In this document: positions 1-13,205 of the stretch, piece after piece
Position numbering within the stretch: position 1 is the first letter of the stretch
Layout of the letters: each line of letters opens with the position of its first letter
Source: an uncultured Clostridia bacterium
GTDB taxonomy: Bacteria > Bacillota > Clostridia > Christensenellales > CAG-917
Assembly: GCA_944372795.1 (NCBI GenBank)
Contig: CALWAF010000003.1
Coordinates: 5,443 to 69,442 of the forward strand
Direction: 5' to 3'
Length of the DNA: 64,000 nt
Position numbers and translations under genes: made by a program
The notes under the pieces: model-generated
What the model saw: the letters and a program-made list of their open reading frames with translations, nothing else
Databases searched by the model: none
Told to the model about the DNA's origin: nothing

Positions 1-518
1 TTGCCGCCATGCGCCGCATGACGGAGATGGAGGGCGAATTCCGCTACAGCACGCAGCACCGCATCCTGCTGGAAGCGGCGGTCATCGCCGCAGCCACCGA
101 GCCGCGCTCGGAAGGGGGCGGGAACGTCCGCGAGCTGGAACAGAAGGTGGCGGCGCTGGCAAAGAGAGTGTCGTCGCTCCCGTCACGGGGTTTTGAGCCC
201 GCGCCTGCCGAAAAGGACGCCCGGCAGGTGTGGGGTAGAGTGGCGTCCGAGCTCGAGCGCAGAGGCATGGGCATGCTGGTGCTTGCCGCATCCGAAGCGA
301 GCGTGGAGGAACATGACGACGCGCTCGTGATGAAGGTGTCGGCGGAGTCGGCGCTGCGCATACTCCGCGACCCCGCGCACCGCAAAGCGATAGCACAGGC
401 GGCAGAGGCAGCGGGAGTGGGCAAACCCGTCGTCATCGAAGAGGTGAGGAAGATAGAGGAAGACAAGGTCCTGCCTTATCTTACGAATATGTTCGGGAAG
501 AGTCTGGAAATCAAATAA
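1..518 (+). CDS. dnaX: DNA polymerase III subunit gamma/tau, C-terminal fragment (5' end lies outside the window)
   Basis: The reading frame is open to the window edge and stops at 518. It is followed by the canonical ybaB-recR pair. The call rests mainly on synteny. Confidence 0.55.
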   Translation, partial: AAMRRMTEMEGEFRYSTQHRILLEAAVIAAATEPRSEGGGNVRELEQKVAALAKRVSSLPSRGFEPAPAEKDARQVWGRVASELERRGMGMLVLAASEASVEEHDDALVMKVSAESALRILRDPAHRKAIAQAAEAAGVGKPVVIEEVRKIEEDKVLPYLTNMFGKSLEIK

Positions 519-623
519 CCGCGCGAAACGGCATTTTATCGCTCGAAACGATGCGATAAAACGTCGAAAGTGTCGGTATGCAGCGGCGTTCAGCCGCAAA
601 CAATTCTTATATCGGAGGCAAAA

Positions 624-938
624 ATGGGTTACGGCGGATACGGCGGAAACATGCAGCAGATCATGAAACAGGCGCAGATGATGCAGAAGAAACTGCAACA
701 GGCGCAGGCGGAACTCGAAGAGACCGAGGTCGTCGGAAAGGCGGGCGGCGGTATGGTGGAGATCACCCTCAAGGGCAACAAGACCCCGGTGGCGGTGTCC
801 ATCAAGCCCGAGGCTGTGGATCCCGACGACGTCGAGATGCTGGAGGACCTCGTGCTCGCGGCGCTGGGCGACGCCATGGAACAGGCGGACGCCAAGTCGC
901 AGGAGCTCATGGGACCCCTCGGCGGCGGTATGTTCTGA
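624..938 (+). CDS. ybaB: YbaB/EbfC family nucleoid-associated protein
   Basis: ATG at 624 follows GGAGG (614-618). N-terminal [23 protein letters not shown] coiled coil followed by [11 protein letters not shown], typical of YbaB. Sits between dnaX and recR. Confidence 0.9.
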   Translation: MGYGGYGGNMQQIMKQAQMMQKKLQQAQAELEETEVVGKAGGGMVEITLKGNKTPVAVSIKPEAVDPDDVEMLEDLVLAALGDAMEQADAKSQELMGPLGGGMF

Positions 939-964
939 CCGCATGAGGCGGCAGTGAGGCAGAG

Positions 965-1552
965 ATGAGATACATCGAACCCATCGCAAAACTCATCGCG
1001 GAGCTTGGCAAGCTCCCTTCCGTCGGCGAAAAGACGGCGGCGCGGTATGCCTATGCGTTGATGGAGGCGCCCGCAGAGGACGTAGACGCCTTGATCGACG
1101 CCATAAAAAACGTGCGGGAGAACGTGCACTTCTGCAAGATATGCGGCAATTTCACCGAGCACGAAGTGTGCGACATCTGCGCCACCAGAAAGCCCACCGT
1201 CATATGTGTCGTGAAGGAGCCCAAGGACGTCTCCGCCCTCGAGAAAGTGAAGGGATATGAGGGCGTCTATCACGTACTGCACGGCGTCATTTCGCCGCTG
1301 GACAGGGTGGGCCCCGACGACATCCGCATCAAGGAGCTGCTCGCAAGGCTGGACGGGAACGTGAAAGAGGTCATCCTTGCCACCAATCCCGACGTGGAAG
1401 GGGAGGCGACGGCGATGTATATCGCGCGTCTGGTGAAGCCTCTCGGCATCAAGGTGACGAGGATAGCGAGAGGGTTGCCGGAGGGCAGCGTCATCGAGTA
1501 CGCCGACGAGGGCACGCTCTCCCGCGCGCTTTCCAGCCGCATAGAACTTTGA
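965..1552 (+). CDS. recR: Recombination protein RecR
   Basis: C4 zinc finger [16 protein letters not shown]. Toprim region [15 protein letters not shown]...[16 protein letters not shown]. 195 aa. Confidence 0.95.
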   Translation: MRYIEPIAKLIAELGKLPSVGEKTAARYAYALMEAPAEDVDALIDAIKNVRENVHFCKICGNFTEHEVCDICATRKPTVICVVKEPKDVSALEKVKGYEGVYHVLHGVISPLDRVGPDDIRIKELLARLDGNVKEVILATNPDVEGEATAMYIARLVKPLGIKVTRIARGLPEGSVIEYADEGTLSRALSSRIEL

Positions 1553-1636
1553 ACAAAAAGGCATTTCAACGCGCGATTTTGTCGGATGAACTCGGTGTTG
1601 CGGCAAAACGCGCGTTTTTGCTTGGTCGGAGAAGTT

Positions 1637-2266
1637 ATGAAAGATCTTGAAAAACTGTCCCGCGAACACTTCGACGGGATGGCGGACAATTACGCCGCCA
1701 CGGACGGAGAGTATTACACCCCTCTGCCCAAACTCTGCTGTACGCGTGCCGCGGAGCTGCTTGAAGGGGAGGACTTCGGGCGGCTGCTGGACGTGGGGTG
1801 CGGCAGCGGCTATCTCATCTCCCTCTTGCATGAAAAGAGAGGGGGAGAGTACGTCGGGCTGGACATCTCGCCCGCCATGCTCGCCCACGCCCGCGAGAAG
1901 CTGCAAGGTGCGGACGGCGTGACCTTTGCGGAGAGCGGTGCGGGCAGCTTGCCCTTCGGGGACGGCGCGTTCGGAGCCGTGACCTGCATTTTCAGCTTTC
2001 ATCATTATCCTTATCCCGAGCGCGCGGTGGCGGAAGCGTACCGCGTGCTGCGCGAGGGCGGGGTATACATCCTCGCCGACGTGAATGCCGCGACGGCGGG
2101 TGAGCCCGGAGAAGAGGAATTCGCTTTTTATACGCGTGACGAGGGGGCGGCGCTCCTCGAGAGAGCGGGGTTTGCCGTCGAGGTCGCCGAAGAGCCCACT
2201 CCGCGTTGTTTCCTCGTCAAGGGCAGAAAAGGCGGAGCGGAGTTCGGGCAGCGGCAGCCGCGATAA
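1637..2266 (+). CDS. Class I SAM-dependent methyltransferase
   Basis: SAM motif I LLDVGCGSGYL and a downstream VGLDISPAML motif. The internal ATG at 1637 is preferred over the ORF-track start at 1586. Confidence 0.8.
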   Translation: MKDLEKLSREHFDGMADNYAATDGEYYTPLPKLCCTRAAELLEGEDFGRLLDVGCGSGYLISLLHEKRGGEYVGLDISPAMLAHAREKLQGADGVTFAESGAGSLPFGDGAFGAVTCIFSFHHYPYPERAVAEAYRVLREGGVYILADVNAATAGEPGEEEFAFYTRDEGAALLERAGFAVEVAEEPTPRCFLVKGRKGGAEFGQRQPR

Positions 2267-2273
2267 AATGGGC

Positions 2274-2302
2274 TTTACACGGGAGCCCGCCTAGATTATA
2301 AT
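2274..2302 (+). promoter_or_regulatory. Sigma-A type promoter TTTACA-17 nt-TATAAT; the -10 element ends 7 nt before the ATG at 2309 (leaderless candidate)
   Basis: TTTACA at 2274-2279, 17-nt spacer, TATAAT at 2297-2302. There is no Shine-Dalgarno between 2303 and 2308. Confidence 0.45.
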
Positions 2303-2308
2303 GAACGT

Positions 2309-2674
2309 ATGAGAAATCACGAGTCGGAAGAAATGTATCTTGAGACCATCTATCTCCTTAAACGCACGAAGGGCACCGTCCGTTCCGTGGATGTGGTGGA
2401 GGAATTGGGCTACGCCAAGTCCAGCGTGTCGCGCGGCGTGAACCTCCTGCAAAAGCGGGGTTACATCGAGATCTCCCACCTCACCGGTGACATCGAGTTC
2501 ACCGAAAAGGGGCTTGCCAAGGCGGCGTCCGTCTACGAGCGGCACAGCGTGCTGACCTCGGCGCTCATGAAGCTGGGGGCGCCTCGGGAGCTTGCGGAGA
2601 GCGACGCGTGCAGGATGGAACACGTCATCTCACCCGAAATGTTCGACATCATCAAAAAGTTCGCGGACAAATGA
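2309..2674 (+). CDS. DtxR/MntR-family metal-dependent transcriptional repressor (short, 121 aa)
   Basis: N-terminal SEEMYLETIYLL...VRSVDVVEELGYAKSSVSRGVNLLQKRGYI winged HTH, typical of DtxR/MntR, followed by a dimerisation helix region. Confidence 0.8.
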   Translation: MRNHESEEMYLETIYLLKRTKGTVRSVDVVEELGYAKSSVSRGVNLLQKRGYIEISHLTGDIEFTEKGLAKAASVYERHSVLTSALMKLGAPRELAESDACRMEHVISPEMFDIIKKFADK

Positions 2675-2691
2675 GCGAAGAGATAAGACAT

Positions 2692-2715
2692 GCGGAGCGC
2701 GGGCTCCGCTTTTTT
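2692..2715 (+). terminator. Rho-independent terminator
   Basis: GCGGAGC-GCGG-GCTCCGC stem-loop followed by T6. Confidence 0.7.
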
Positions 2716-2887
2716 AATCGGGACGTTCCCGATCCCCCGCGCGAGTTTCCGCGCGCATAATGCGAGAAATTTTGTGCGGATTTAGGAATTCAGGGGAGTT
2801 TTTCCGTATATATTAACAGCAACGCGGTCACGCCGCCCTCCCGCGCTTTTGCGGAGCGGTGCGACAGACACGAAGGATGCGGCAGAA

Positions 2888-4639
2888 GTGGCACTGTTTC
2901 CCGACAGATTCATCGACGAGCTGAAATTCAAATGCGACATCGTGAGCATAGTCTCGCAGTACGTCCCTCTTGTCAAAAAGGGGACGCGCTACGCCTGCGT
3001 CTGCCCATTCCACCCCGACAAAAACCCTTCTATGTACGTCAACCCGCAAGGGCAGTTCTATCACTGTTTCGGCTGCGGTGCGAGCGGCGACGTCATCACC
3101 TTCATAATGGAGATGGAGTCCCTCTCCTACGTAGAGGCAGTCAGGTTCCTCGCCGAGCGCGCGGGGATGGACCTGCCCGAGTATAAGGACGACGCCGACT
3201 ACAAACAGAAGAAGGACAGACAGCAGACGCTCAAGGAGCTCATGAAGGACGCCGCCCGCTATTACCACGCCAATCTCACCAAAAAGGAGGAAGGTCAGGA
3301 AGCGCGGGACTATCTTGCAAGCCGCGGCATCACGGAGGAGATATGCACCCGTTTCGGGCTGGGGCTCTCCCTCGGTTATGACCAGATGCAGGCGTATCTC
3401 AGGCGCAAGAATTACTCGGCGGACGATCTGCGCGCCTGCGGGCTCGCAGTGGGCGACAAACTCTCGGACCCTTTCGCGAACAGGATCATCGTGCCCATCA
3501 TGAACGGCATGGGCGACGTCATAGCCTTCGGCGGCAGGATCTATCGCGGGGAACAGGACACCGCAAAATATAAGAATTCAACCAACACCCCGATCTTCGA
3601 CAAGAGCAGGTGTGTGTACGGCATCAACTTCGTCAAGCGCGAAAAGCGCCGCGGGAACGGATTCAAGCACCTCATCCTCGTGGAGGGGTATATGGACGTC
3701 ATCTCTCTTGCGTCGGCGGGCTTCTTCAACGCCGTGGCGGGGATGGGGACGGCACTCACGCCGCAGCAGGCGCGCGAGATAAGAAAGCTGACGGACACCG
3801 TCTACGTCTGCTATGACGGCGACGATGCGGGTCACAAAGCCGCGGTGCGCAACGTGGAGCCTTTGCTTGCGGAAGGGCTTGAGGTGAGGGTGGTGTCGCT
3901 TGCCGAGGGCATGGACCCCGACGACACCGTGAGACACGAGGGAGCGGACGGGTTCCGCAGGCGTCTCGAAGAGGCGCTGCCCGTGCCGGAGTATAAATTG
4001 AAACTGTGTGAGGATGCCTGCGACTTGGGCTCCGCAAACGGCAGAGCGAAGTACGTCAAGATGGCGCTCGCGACGCTCTCCGACATGAAGAATGCGGCGG
4101 AACGCGAGGTTTATCTGGGCATTGTGGCATCAAAAAGCGGCGTTTCCGTCGATACGTTGCGTTCAACGCTTGCGGGCACGCGCCCCGCGGAGAAGCCCGC
4201 TTCGGAGGGCGAGCGCACCCGCAAGGCGAAGGAAACGGTGCTGGAGGGGGCTGCGCGTTTTGTGTTGGGGAGACTGCTCAACCGCGCCGAATATGCCTCT
4301 CCCGCCGATGTCGAAGCGGAGTGGATGCCCCTTCCCGAACAGGCGGATATACTGCGGTTTGTGAAGGAACACGCGGACAGGGAAACGCTGTGCGGCGACC
4401 TGCTCGGCGCAGGGATAGGCGGCGAAGAGACCTCGAGAGTGCTGGACGCCGAAAAGCAGTTCCTCTCCGCAGAGAAGGAGAGAGTGTATTACGCGGACTG
4501 CTTGGCGCAGCTCTCGCGGGCGTATGACAAGAGGCAGATCGAGGAGCTGAAAGCGAAGTTCAACGAGATCGCGGATGCGGAGGAACGCCGCGCCGTGCTC
4601 GAAAAGATACAGAGTCTGCAGAGGAAGATCAGACAGTAG
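2888..4639 (+). CDS. dnaG: DNA primase DnaG
   Basis: Zinc-binding [13 protein letters not shown]...[11 protein letters not shown], Toprim [11 protein letters not shown] and DGDDAGHKA. The start is uncertain: GTG at 2888 is preferred, with TTG at 2849 as the alternative. Confidence 0.9.
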   Translation: MALFPDRFIDELKFKCDIVSIVSQYVPLVKKGTRYACVCPFHPDKNPSMYVNPQGQFYHCFGCGASGDVITFIMEMESLSYVEAVRFLAERAGMDLPEYKDDADYKQKKDRQQTLKELMKDAARYYHANLTKKEEGQEARDYLASRGITEEICTRFGLGLSLGYDQMQAYLRRKNYSADDLRACGLAVGDKLSDPFANRIIVPIMNGMGDVIAFGGRIYRGEQDTAKYKNSTNTPIFDKSRCVYGINFVKREKRRGNGFKHLILVEGYMDVISLASAGFFNAVAGMGTALTPQQAREIRKLTDTVYVCYDGDDAGHKAAVRNVEPLLAEGLEVRVVSLAEGMDPDDTVRHEGADGFRRRLEEALPVPEYKLKLCEDACDLGSANGRAKYVKMALATLSDMKNAAEREVYLGIVASKSGVSVDTLRSTLAGTRPAEKPASEGERTRKAKETVLEGAARFVLGRLLNRAEYASPADVEAEWMPLPEQADILRFVKEHADRETLCGDLLGAGIGGEETSRVLDAEKQFLSAEKERVYYADCLAQLSRAYDKRQIEELKAKFNEIADAEERRAVLEKIQSLQRKIRQ

Positions 4640-4668
4640 AACGAAAGACCGATCCATCAGGAGGCAAA

Positions 4669-5706
4669 ATGGATAAAGAGCAACTTTTGAAACAAGAGAC
4701 GGAAAAGATCATCGAGGCGGGACGCACTCGCGGAAGCATTTCCGAAGAGGACATCATGGCGCGTCTCGAGCATCTCGGCGCGGGCGCGGAGGATCTCGAG
4801 AACGTCTTCAACGCCCTTGCCGCAGAGAACATCACCGTCATCTCCGCAAAAGAGGACGACATCGACACCATCATCGAAGGCAATGTCGACGACTCCGTCA
4901 AAATGTACCTCAAAGACATAGGCAAAGTCCCCCTGCTTTCCGCAGAGGAGGAGGTGGAGCTTGCCAAGCGCATGGAGCAGGGCGACGAGAATGCCAAACG
5001 CAGGCTTTCGGAGGCGAACCTGCGTCTTGTCGTGTCCATCGCCAAGCGCTATGTCGGGCGCGGGATGCAGTTTTTGGATCTCATCCAAGAGGGCAACCTC
5101 GGTCTTATGAAGGCGGTGGAGAAGTTCGACTACACCAAGGGATTCAAGTTCTCCACCTACGCCACGTGGTGGATAAGACAAGCCATCACCCGCGCCATTG
5201 CCGATCAGGCCCGCACCATCCGCATCCCCGTGCACATGGTCGAGACCATCAACAAGCAGGTGCGCGCGACTAGGCAGCTGCTGCAAAAGCTGGGGCGCGA
5301 GCCCACTCCCGAGGAGATCGCGGAGCACCTCGGGTGCAGCGTCGAGCGCGTGCGCGAGATACAGAAGATCGCGCAGGATCCCGTCTCTCTCGAGACGCCC
5401 ATCGGTGAGGAAGAGGACAGCCACCTCGGGGACTTCATAGAGGACAACACCGCACTTTCTCCCTCCGACGTCGCAGAGAGCAATATGCTGAAAGAGCAGC
5501 TCGTGCAGGTGCTCAACACCCTCACTCCCCGCGAGGAAAAGGTGCTGCGTCTGCGCTACGGTCTCGACGACAGTCATCCTCGCACCCTCGAGGAAGTGGG
5601 CAAGGAATTCAACGTCACGCGTGAGCGTATCAGGCAGATAGAGGCGAAGGCGCTGCGCAAACTGCGTCATCCCAACCGCCTCAAAAAGCTGAAGGACTTC
5701 GACTGA
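4669..5706 (+). CDS. sigA: RNA polymerase primary sigma factor (sigma-70/SigA)
   Basis: AGGAGG RBS. Region 2 [27 protein letters not shown], region 4 [27 protein letters not shown]. Follows dnaG as in Bacillus. Confidence 0.97.
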   Translation: MDKEQLLKQETEKIIEAGRTRGSISEEDIMARLEHLGAGAEDLENVFNALAAENITVISAKEDDIDTIIEGNVDDSVKMYLKDIGKVPLLSAEEEVELAKRMEQGDENAKRRLSEANLRLVVSIAKRYVGRGMQFLDLIQEGNLGLMKAVEKFDYTKGFKFSTYATWWIRQAITRAIADQARTIRIPVHMVETINKQVRATRQLLQKLGREPTPEEIAEHLGCSVERVREIQKIAQDPVSLETPIGEEEDSHLGDFIEDNTALSPSDVAESNMLKEQLVQVLNTLTPREEKVLRLRYGLDDSHPRTLEEVGKEFNVTRERIRQIEAKALRKLRHPNRLKKLKDFD

Positions 5707-6383
5707 TGCCCATACGTCTGGATGCAAGGCTTGCCGCCGTGGCGGAGCTCGCCTCGGGTTCCGCGACTGTGTGCGACGTGGGCTGCGATCACGGCAAACT
5801 CGCCTGCTGGCTCGTGGAGACGGGCAGAGCGGAGCGTGCCATCGCCACCGACATCAGTCTGCCCAGCCTGAAAAAGGCGGAGGTGCTTGCGGAACATCTG
5901 GGCGTATCCGACCTTGTGGAGACCAGAGCGGGCGACGGGCTGGACCCCGTCCGCGACGGCGAGGCGGACACTGTGGTGATCGCGGGCATGGGCGGCGACC
6001 TCATCGCGAGGATATTGGAGCGCGCGCACGCGGAAGGCAAACGGTTCGGACGGCTGGTGCTTTCCCCCAACACCCATCCCGAGCGCGTGCGGGAGCAACT
6101 GGGACGGCAAGGGCACGAGATAATCGCGGACACCGTCGCGGAGTGCGGAGGCAAGGCGTACACCGTCATCGCCACGCGCGAAGGCGAGGGCGACCGTCTT
6201 GACGGACTGCAGCTCTTGTTCGGAAAGTTTTTCGCGTCGGACGAAGGGTTCGCCCTGCGCGCAAGAAAGGAAATCGCGGGCATAGACGCCCTGCTGAAAG
6301 AAAATCCCGAAGCGGCGGCGCTGGCGGGGAGGAAGAGCCTCCTCGAAGCGGCGCTGAAGGAGTGTGAATATGAAGATAGGTAA
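5706..6383 (+). CDS. trmK: tRNA (adenine22-N1)-methyltransferase TrmK
   Basis: DVGCDHGKL...ATDISLPSL...VIAGMGGDLI motifs. The start overlaps the sigA stop (TGATG). Occupies the position of Bacillus yqfN. Confidence 0.85.
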   Translation: MPIRLDARLAAVAELASGSATVCDVGCDHGKLACWLVETGRAERAIATDISLPSLKKAEVLAEHLGVSDLVETRAGDGLDPVRDGEADTVVIAGMGGDLIARILERAHAEGKRFGRLVLSPNTHPERVREQLGRQGHEIIADTVAECGGKAYTVIATREGEGDRLDGLQLLFGKFFASDEGFALRARKEIAGIDALLKENPEAAALAGRKSLLEAALKECEYEDR

Positions 6384-7131
6384 GATCACTGCTGCCATCG
6401 AGAAGTACGCCCCGCAGGAAAAGGCGTACGAGTGGGACAACGTCGGCATGATGCTGGGCGACCCGGAGGCGGAATGCACGGGCGTGCTCGTGTGTCTGGA
6501 CTGCACGTTCGCAGTCGCTCTTCAGGCGAGGGACGAGGGATGCAACCTCATCATCAGTCACCATCCCTTCATCTTCCGCCCGCTGGAGAGGCTGACGCTG
6601 GACGACCCCAAGGCGAAGATGGTGAGGTTCCTTTTCCGCAACAACATCGCGGTCTATTCGGCGCACACCAACCTCGACGTCGCCGACGAAGGGCTGGCGA
6701 GGACGCTGGCGGAGATCTTCGGCGGACATGACATCGAAACGTCGGGCATAGGTTGCTACGCCAACGTGCGCGAAGAGAGCGCGGCGACGCTCGCGCACAA
6801 GGTGTCCGGCGCGCTTTCCGACCCCTCCGTCAAGGTGAGCACTCCCGACGCCAAGGTGAAACGCATCTATGTCGTCTCGGGCGCGGGCGGCAGCCACGAG
6901 AGCCTCGAGTATGCTTTGCAGGGCGCGGACGCGCTGGTCACGGGAGAGGTGAAACACCACGTCTTCCTCGAGGCGGACGAGAGGGACTTCCCGATCGTGG
7001 AATTTTCCCACTATTACAGCGAAATACTGTGTTGTGATGTGCTTAAAAGCATGATAAAACCCGTTTCGGGCGATCTCAAAGTGATTGCGGCACATCGCAG
7101 ATGTCCTTATAAAACTTTGGAGGAACTATGA
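6370..7131 (+). CDS. Nif3-like dinuclear metal centre protein (YqfO/GTP cyclohydrolase 1 type 2 homologue)
   Basis: WDNVGMMLGD...LIISHHPFIFRP...YSAHTNLDV motifs. ATG at 6370 lies 7 nt after GAAGGAG. Confidence 0.85.
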   Translation: MKIGKITAAIEKYAPQEKAYEWDNVGMMLGDPEAECTGVLVCLDCTFAVALQARDEGCNLIISHHPFIFRPLERLTLDDPKAKMVRFLFRNNIAVYSAHTNLDVADEGLARTLAEIFGGHDIETSGIGCYANVREESAATLAHKVSGALSDPSVKVSTPDAKVKRIYVVSGAGGSHESLEYALQGADALVTGEVKHHVFLEADERDFPIVEFSHYYSEILCCDVLKSMIKPVSGDLKVIAAHRRCPYKTLEEL

Positions 7132-7838
7132 AATTCGACACCGTTTTGGAGTATCAGAAGATCGACCACGACTTGCTTGAGATAGAGAGCGAGGTGGCGA
7201 AAAGCAAGGAGCGTGCCGCGTTTATCGGCGCAAAAACCAAGCTGGAGGCGGCGACTGCCGCCGTGGGCAAGCTCTCGCATGAAGCGGGCGAGCTTTTGCA
7301 GGGCTATGCCAAGTTGTCCGCGCGCGCGGATGCGCTGAAAGCGCGCCTCGATGAGTTCGACGGGATGCTGGACGATATGCAGGACGTGAGCGAAGCGGAC
7401 TATTATCTCAAACAGATCGCCGCCATCAGCGACGAGATCGCGTCCCTCGAGAAGGACGCCGCCCGCGACAGCGAGCGCATAGACGCGATAGGTGCGGAGT
7501 ATAAAAAGACGTGGGAAGCGGGCAAGAAAGCCTCCGACGCCTATAAGGAGGCGACGGCGGCTTTTAACGCGTACGCAGCCAAGATGCAGCCTCGCGTTGC
7601 CGAGCTCAAAGCGGCGCTCAAAGAGCTTGAGGGCAAGGTGCCCGAGGAATTCATGGCGGCGTACAAGTCGTTGCGCGCGGCGAAAAAGACGCCCGCGTTC
7701 GTCGCCTACAAGCCCGAGAGCGGCACCTGCGGCAGATGCTTCATGGAAGTGTCCGGCGCGACAAGGAGCAAGCTCAAGAACCCCGGCGATTATGCGGAGT
7801 GCCCCAACTGCCGCCGCATACTTTACATCCCCGAATGA
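7128..7838 (+). CDS. C4-type zinc-ribbon coiled-coil protein (COG1579-like)
   Basis: Long coiled coil followed by CGRCFMEV...CPNCRRILY. ATGA overlap with nif3. This gene commonly follows nif3. Confidence 0.75.
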   Translation: MKFDTVLEYQKIDHDLLEIESEVAKSKERAAFIGAKTKLEAATAAVGKLSHEAGELLQGYAKLSARADALKARLDEFDGMLDDMQDVSEADYYLKQIAAISDEIASLEKDAARDSERIDAIGAEYKKTWEAGKKASDAYKEATAAFNAYAAKMQPRVAELKAALKELEGKVPEEFMAAYKSLRAAKKTPAFVAYKPESGTCGRCFMEVSGATRSKLKNPGDYAECPNCRRILYIPE

Positions 7839-7877
7839 GAGGCGTCCCGCGAGGCGCATGAACACCAACGATAATAA

Positions 7878-10898
<3,021 letters not shown>

Positions 10899-10901
<3 letters not shown>

Positions 10902-11020
10902 CACTCTCATTTGGCGACCTGCTTTGTCAGAGCCGCTGTCATGGTGCTCACGTACGTTTAAGTACGCTCCGCTCCCTGACAGCGGCTCTTTCGCGCATCT
11001 CATCCAAATGAGAGCGTCAG
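10899..11020. repeat. Hairpin repeat module X1 (nested stems), beginning on the lacZ stop codon
   Basis: Outer inverted repeat CTGACACTCTCATTTGG (10899-10915) / CCAAATGAGAGCGTCAG (11004-11020), 16 of 17 complementary. Inner perfect 13-bp stem at 10929-10941 / 10977-10989. Central CGTAC-N6-GTACG mini-hairpin. Confidence 0.8.
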
Positions 11021-11043
11021 CGAGTAAGTGCTTGGTCGGCGCA

Positions 11044-11135
11044 CAACTTTGTCAGCACCCCTTTTCAGGCTCGTTACGTACGATTTAGTACGCGCCTCGC
11101 CGAAAACGGGGCTCTTTCGCGCATCTCATCCGAAT
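11044..11135. repeat. Hairpin repeat module X2 (same flanks and loop as X1, different stem sequence)
   Basis: Shares CTTTGTCAG ... CTCTTTCGCGCATCTCATCC flanks and the CGTAC-N6-GTACG loop with X1. The stem is AGCACCCCTTTTC / GAAAACGGGGCT instead. Confidence 0.75.
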
Positions 11136-11159
11136 ATTGCCCTCAGCAAGCTGCCAAAT

Positions 11160-11228
11160 TTTTCGCGCACGGGGTCCCCGCCGAAAGTATTTTCGGTGGG
11201 GTAAATCTCATCCAAATGAGAGCGTCAG
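11160..11228. repeat. Hairpin module X3 plus a third copy of CCAAATGAGAGCGTCAG
   Basis: CCCCGCCGAAA (11176-11186) pairs with TTTCGGTGGGG (11191-11201), including one G-T pair. The CCAAATGAGAGCGTCAG motif recurs at 11212-11228. Confidence 0.7.
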
Positions 11229-11243
11229 TACGACGGGGAGTAG

Positions 11244-11412
11244 GAGTGTGACGTCCGCTTGACATGATGTTATCTGGTTCGAAGTGGAGCCGCTCACGTG
11301 CACTAGTTCGAAGCGTCTTTGAATGCGACGCACACCATTTCGGAGACGGAATCACGCGCCGCTCACCCAAGCGTTCACAGGCGGCGCAGCCGCCGCTTGA
11401 ACGCCGCGGCGC
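11244..11412. repeat. About one unit of the 121-bp repeat family plus the H hairpin, inverted relative to 31841-32126
   Basis: 11269-11291 (GTTATCTGGTTCGAAGTGGAGCC) is the exact reverse complement of 32006-32028. The flanking sequence is alignable with mismatches. Confidence 0.8.
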
Positions 11413-11584
11413 GAAATGCGACCTCGCAAGCCAGACGAAACATTAAGTAGACACGGGCGCCGTGCGCGTCGAGTCGCCTTCCTCTCCCCGCGAGCGATGT
11501 TTAGTCAGTACTGTTCTCCGCTTGATTATCTCTATGCGAGATTCAAACTTTATCAAAAAGGACGGAAAGTGTATCCCGCATTTT

Positions 11585-11669
11585 AGGAGGACTGTCCCCT
11601 ATTCCGAGCGGGGGAGGAAAGCCCGAAGGGAAGGAGGGGGCGCAACACTCCCATGTCATGGACGTGCAC
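11585..11669. repeat. P repeat module, inverted relative to 31392-31518
   Basis: The reverse complement GTGCACGTCCATGACATGGGAGTGTTGCGCCCCCTCCTTCCC..CGGGCTTTCCTCCCCCGCTCGGAATAGGGGACAGTCCT aligns with 31392-31518, apart from a 47-nt insertion in the latter. Confidence 0.75.
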
Positions 11670-11740
11670 CAATTCCCGCCTCCGAGCACGACACTGCTCC
11701 GCGCGTGGGTTCGTTTCGGTGCGTTAGAATGCGTGTTTTA

Positions 11741-13096
11741 TTATTCGGCGGGGAGTTTCCACGCGCGGTCGGTGCCGCGGATGATGGGGCCGCCGGTGTA
11801 GTCGGGATCGTTCTCGATGGCTGCGGCTACGGCGTCGTAGTCGATGTAATATTTTTCGGCGTAGTCGGCGATGGCGTCGCGGGCGTAGACGGGCTCGATG
11901 TCGAAGGTGCCGTCGCCGTGCAGGGTGAGCAGGGTGCCGCCGCGTTCGTCGCCGTAGTCGTCCACGAGGGAGAAGTCGATGCCTTTCCAATATTGTATGT
12001 CGTGGCTGAAGGCTCCGCCGGAGTTGGAGCTTTGATCGGTGCGGTAGTAGTGGGAATAGCCGGAGTGCTGACCGAAGGTGAGGCGGATGCCCTCATAGTC
12101 CACCGAGAAGTCGTTGTCGTGATGGTGGCACATGAAGATGGCTTTGGTGCTGCCCAGCTCTTTTGCGACGGCGAAGATCTGTTCGCTCTCGGGCATATCG
12201 CCGTATTTGGAGGAATAGTTGCCTTCCATCCAATGACCGTAGTGGTAGGCTTCGGTGGGTTCGCCGTCGTTCCAAGCAGCGTCCCATGCCTCTTTGAACT
12301 CGGGCACGCCGACGTGATTGAAGATGTAGGATGTGACCACCTCGTCCTCGGCTCTGTCCTCACCGAATTCGGCGTCGGAGATGGACTCGATCGTGTCGCG
12401 ATACCACCTGACCTGCTCTGCGGTGGGCACGGGTTCGTAGTCGGAAAATTGCGAGGTGTAGACGCAGTCGAAGAGGCAGAGAGTGCCTATGAGCGCGCCG
12501 CTCTTGTCACGTATGTTGACAAAGTGGTTGCCCGCGCCGTCCTTGCAGGTCTCGTCGCTGGTTATGAGGCAGTGCTCGTAGGATGCCATTTTTGTGATGA
12601 GGGCGTCCTTGGTGCACTGACCGTATTCGTTGTCGGGATCGTCGCCCGTGGCATACATCGCGTCGCAGTCGTGGTTGCCGAAGGTGAACGTCCAAGGCGT
12701 TTCCAGCCTCTCGAATATCTCGGCGTAGCGGACGAAGTAGGGCACCTGTGAGGCGATGGGGTTGTCCAGCATGACGAGGTCGCCGTTGATGACGACGAGG
12801 TCGGGGTCGGTGGCTGCGACGAAGTCCTCGATGAAGGAGTAGGTGACGTCGTTGCCGAGGCTGCCCACCGTCTTATACTTTTCGGTGGCGTCCACCTGCG
12901 GATCTGACAGCACCATGATCTCCATGTCGTCGGCGTCCGTGACGTAGACGGTGGCATAGCCGTCCTCGCTGTCCTCGGCTTTCAGGAAGGGCGGAAGGTC
13001 GGGCGTGTCGTTGCACGCGGCGAGGCAGATTGCGGCGGTCAGGATGACCGAAAGAGTGAGTGTGACAAGGATCGAAATGCGAATAAAGTTTTTCAT
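11741..13096 (-). CDS. Calcineurin-like metallophosphoesterase, predicted lipoprotein
   Basis: Lipobox ICLAAC after an N-terminal hydrophobic segment. INGDLV, FTFGNHD and CHHHDND metallophosphoesterase motifs. Paralogue of 39252-40823. Confidence 0.8.
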   Translation of the reverse strand: MKNFIRISILVTLTLSVILTAAICLAACNDTPDLPPFLKAEDSEDGYATVYVTDADDMEIMVLSDPQVDATEKYKTVGSLGNDVTYSFIEDFVAATDPDLVVINGDLVMLDNPIASQVPYFVRYAEIFERLETPWTFTFGNHDCDAMYATGDDPDNEYGQCTKDALITKMASYEHCLITSDETCKDGAGNHFVNIRDKSGALIGTLCLFDCVYTSQFSDYEPVPTAEQVRWYRDTIESISDAEFGEDRAEDEVVTSYIFNHVGVPEFKEAWDAAWNDGEPTEAYHYGHWMEGNYSSKYGDMPESEQIFAVAKELGSTKAIFMCHHHDNDFSVDYEGIRLTFGQHSGYSHYYRTDQSSNSGGAFSHDIQYWKGIDFSLVDDYGDERGGTLLTLHGDGTFDIEPVYARDAIADYAEKYYIDYDAVAAAIENDPDYTGGPIIRGTDRAWKLPAE

Positions 13097-13177
13097 TGTT
13101 TCCCCCGATGGGCATTGCCCTCATTCAGTTTACCACGCACGGCGACAACTTTCAAGAAAGAAAATCCCGTATTACGG

Positions 13178-13205
13178 TTGACTATCTCGCGCGGGGAATT
13201 ATAAT
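13178..13205 (+). promoter_or_regulatory. Candidate sigma-A promoter for thrS (TTGACT-16 nt-TATAAT)
   Basis: TTGACT at 13178-13183 and TATAAT at 13200-13205, leaving a leader of about 50 nt before ATG 13264. Confidence 0.5.

Noticed and set aside
9-518. ORF-track entry treated as a complete 169-aa gene starting at Met 9
   Set aside because: The frame is open to the window edge and the context (ybaB-recR downstream) indicates the 3' end of dnaX, so it is reported as a partial gene.
11264-11446. Small ORFs inside the repeat loci whose translations look related (11264-11446: ...LVRSVFECDAHHFGDGITRR...; 31850-32038 minus strand: ...LIRSVLEHDVHIFEDEITRR...)
   Set aside because: The similarity is a by-product of the nucleotide repeat. 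Over the 21 aligned codons I count 3 synonymous versus 7 non-synonymous differences, so there is no purifying-selection signature. The second tandem unit carries indels that break the frame. There is no RBS.
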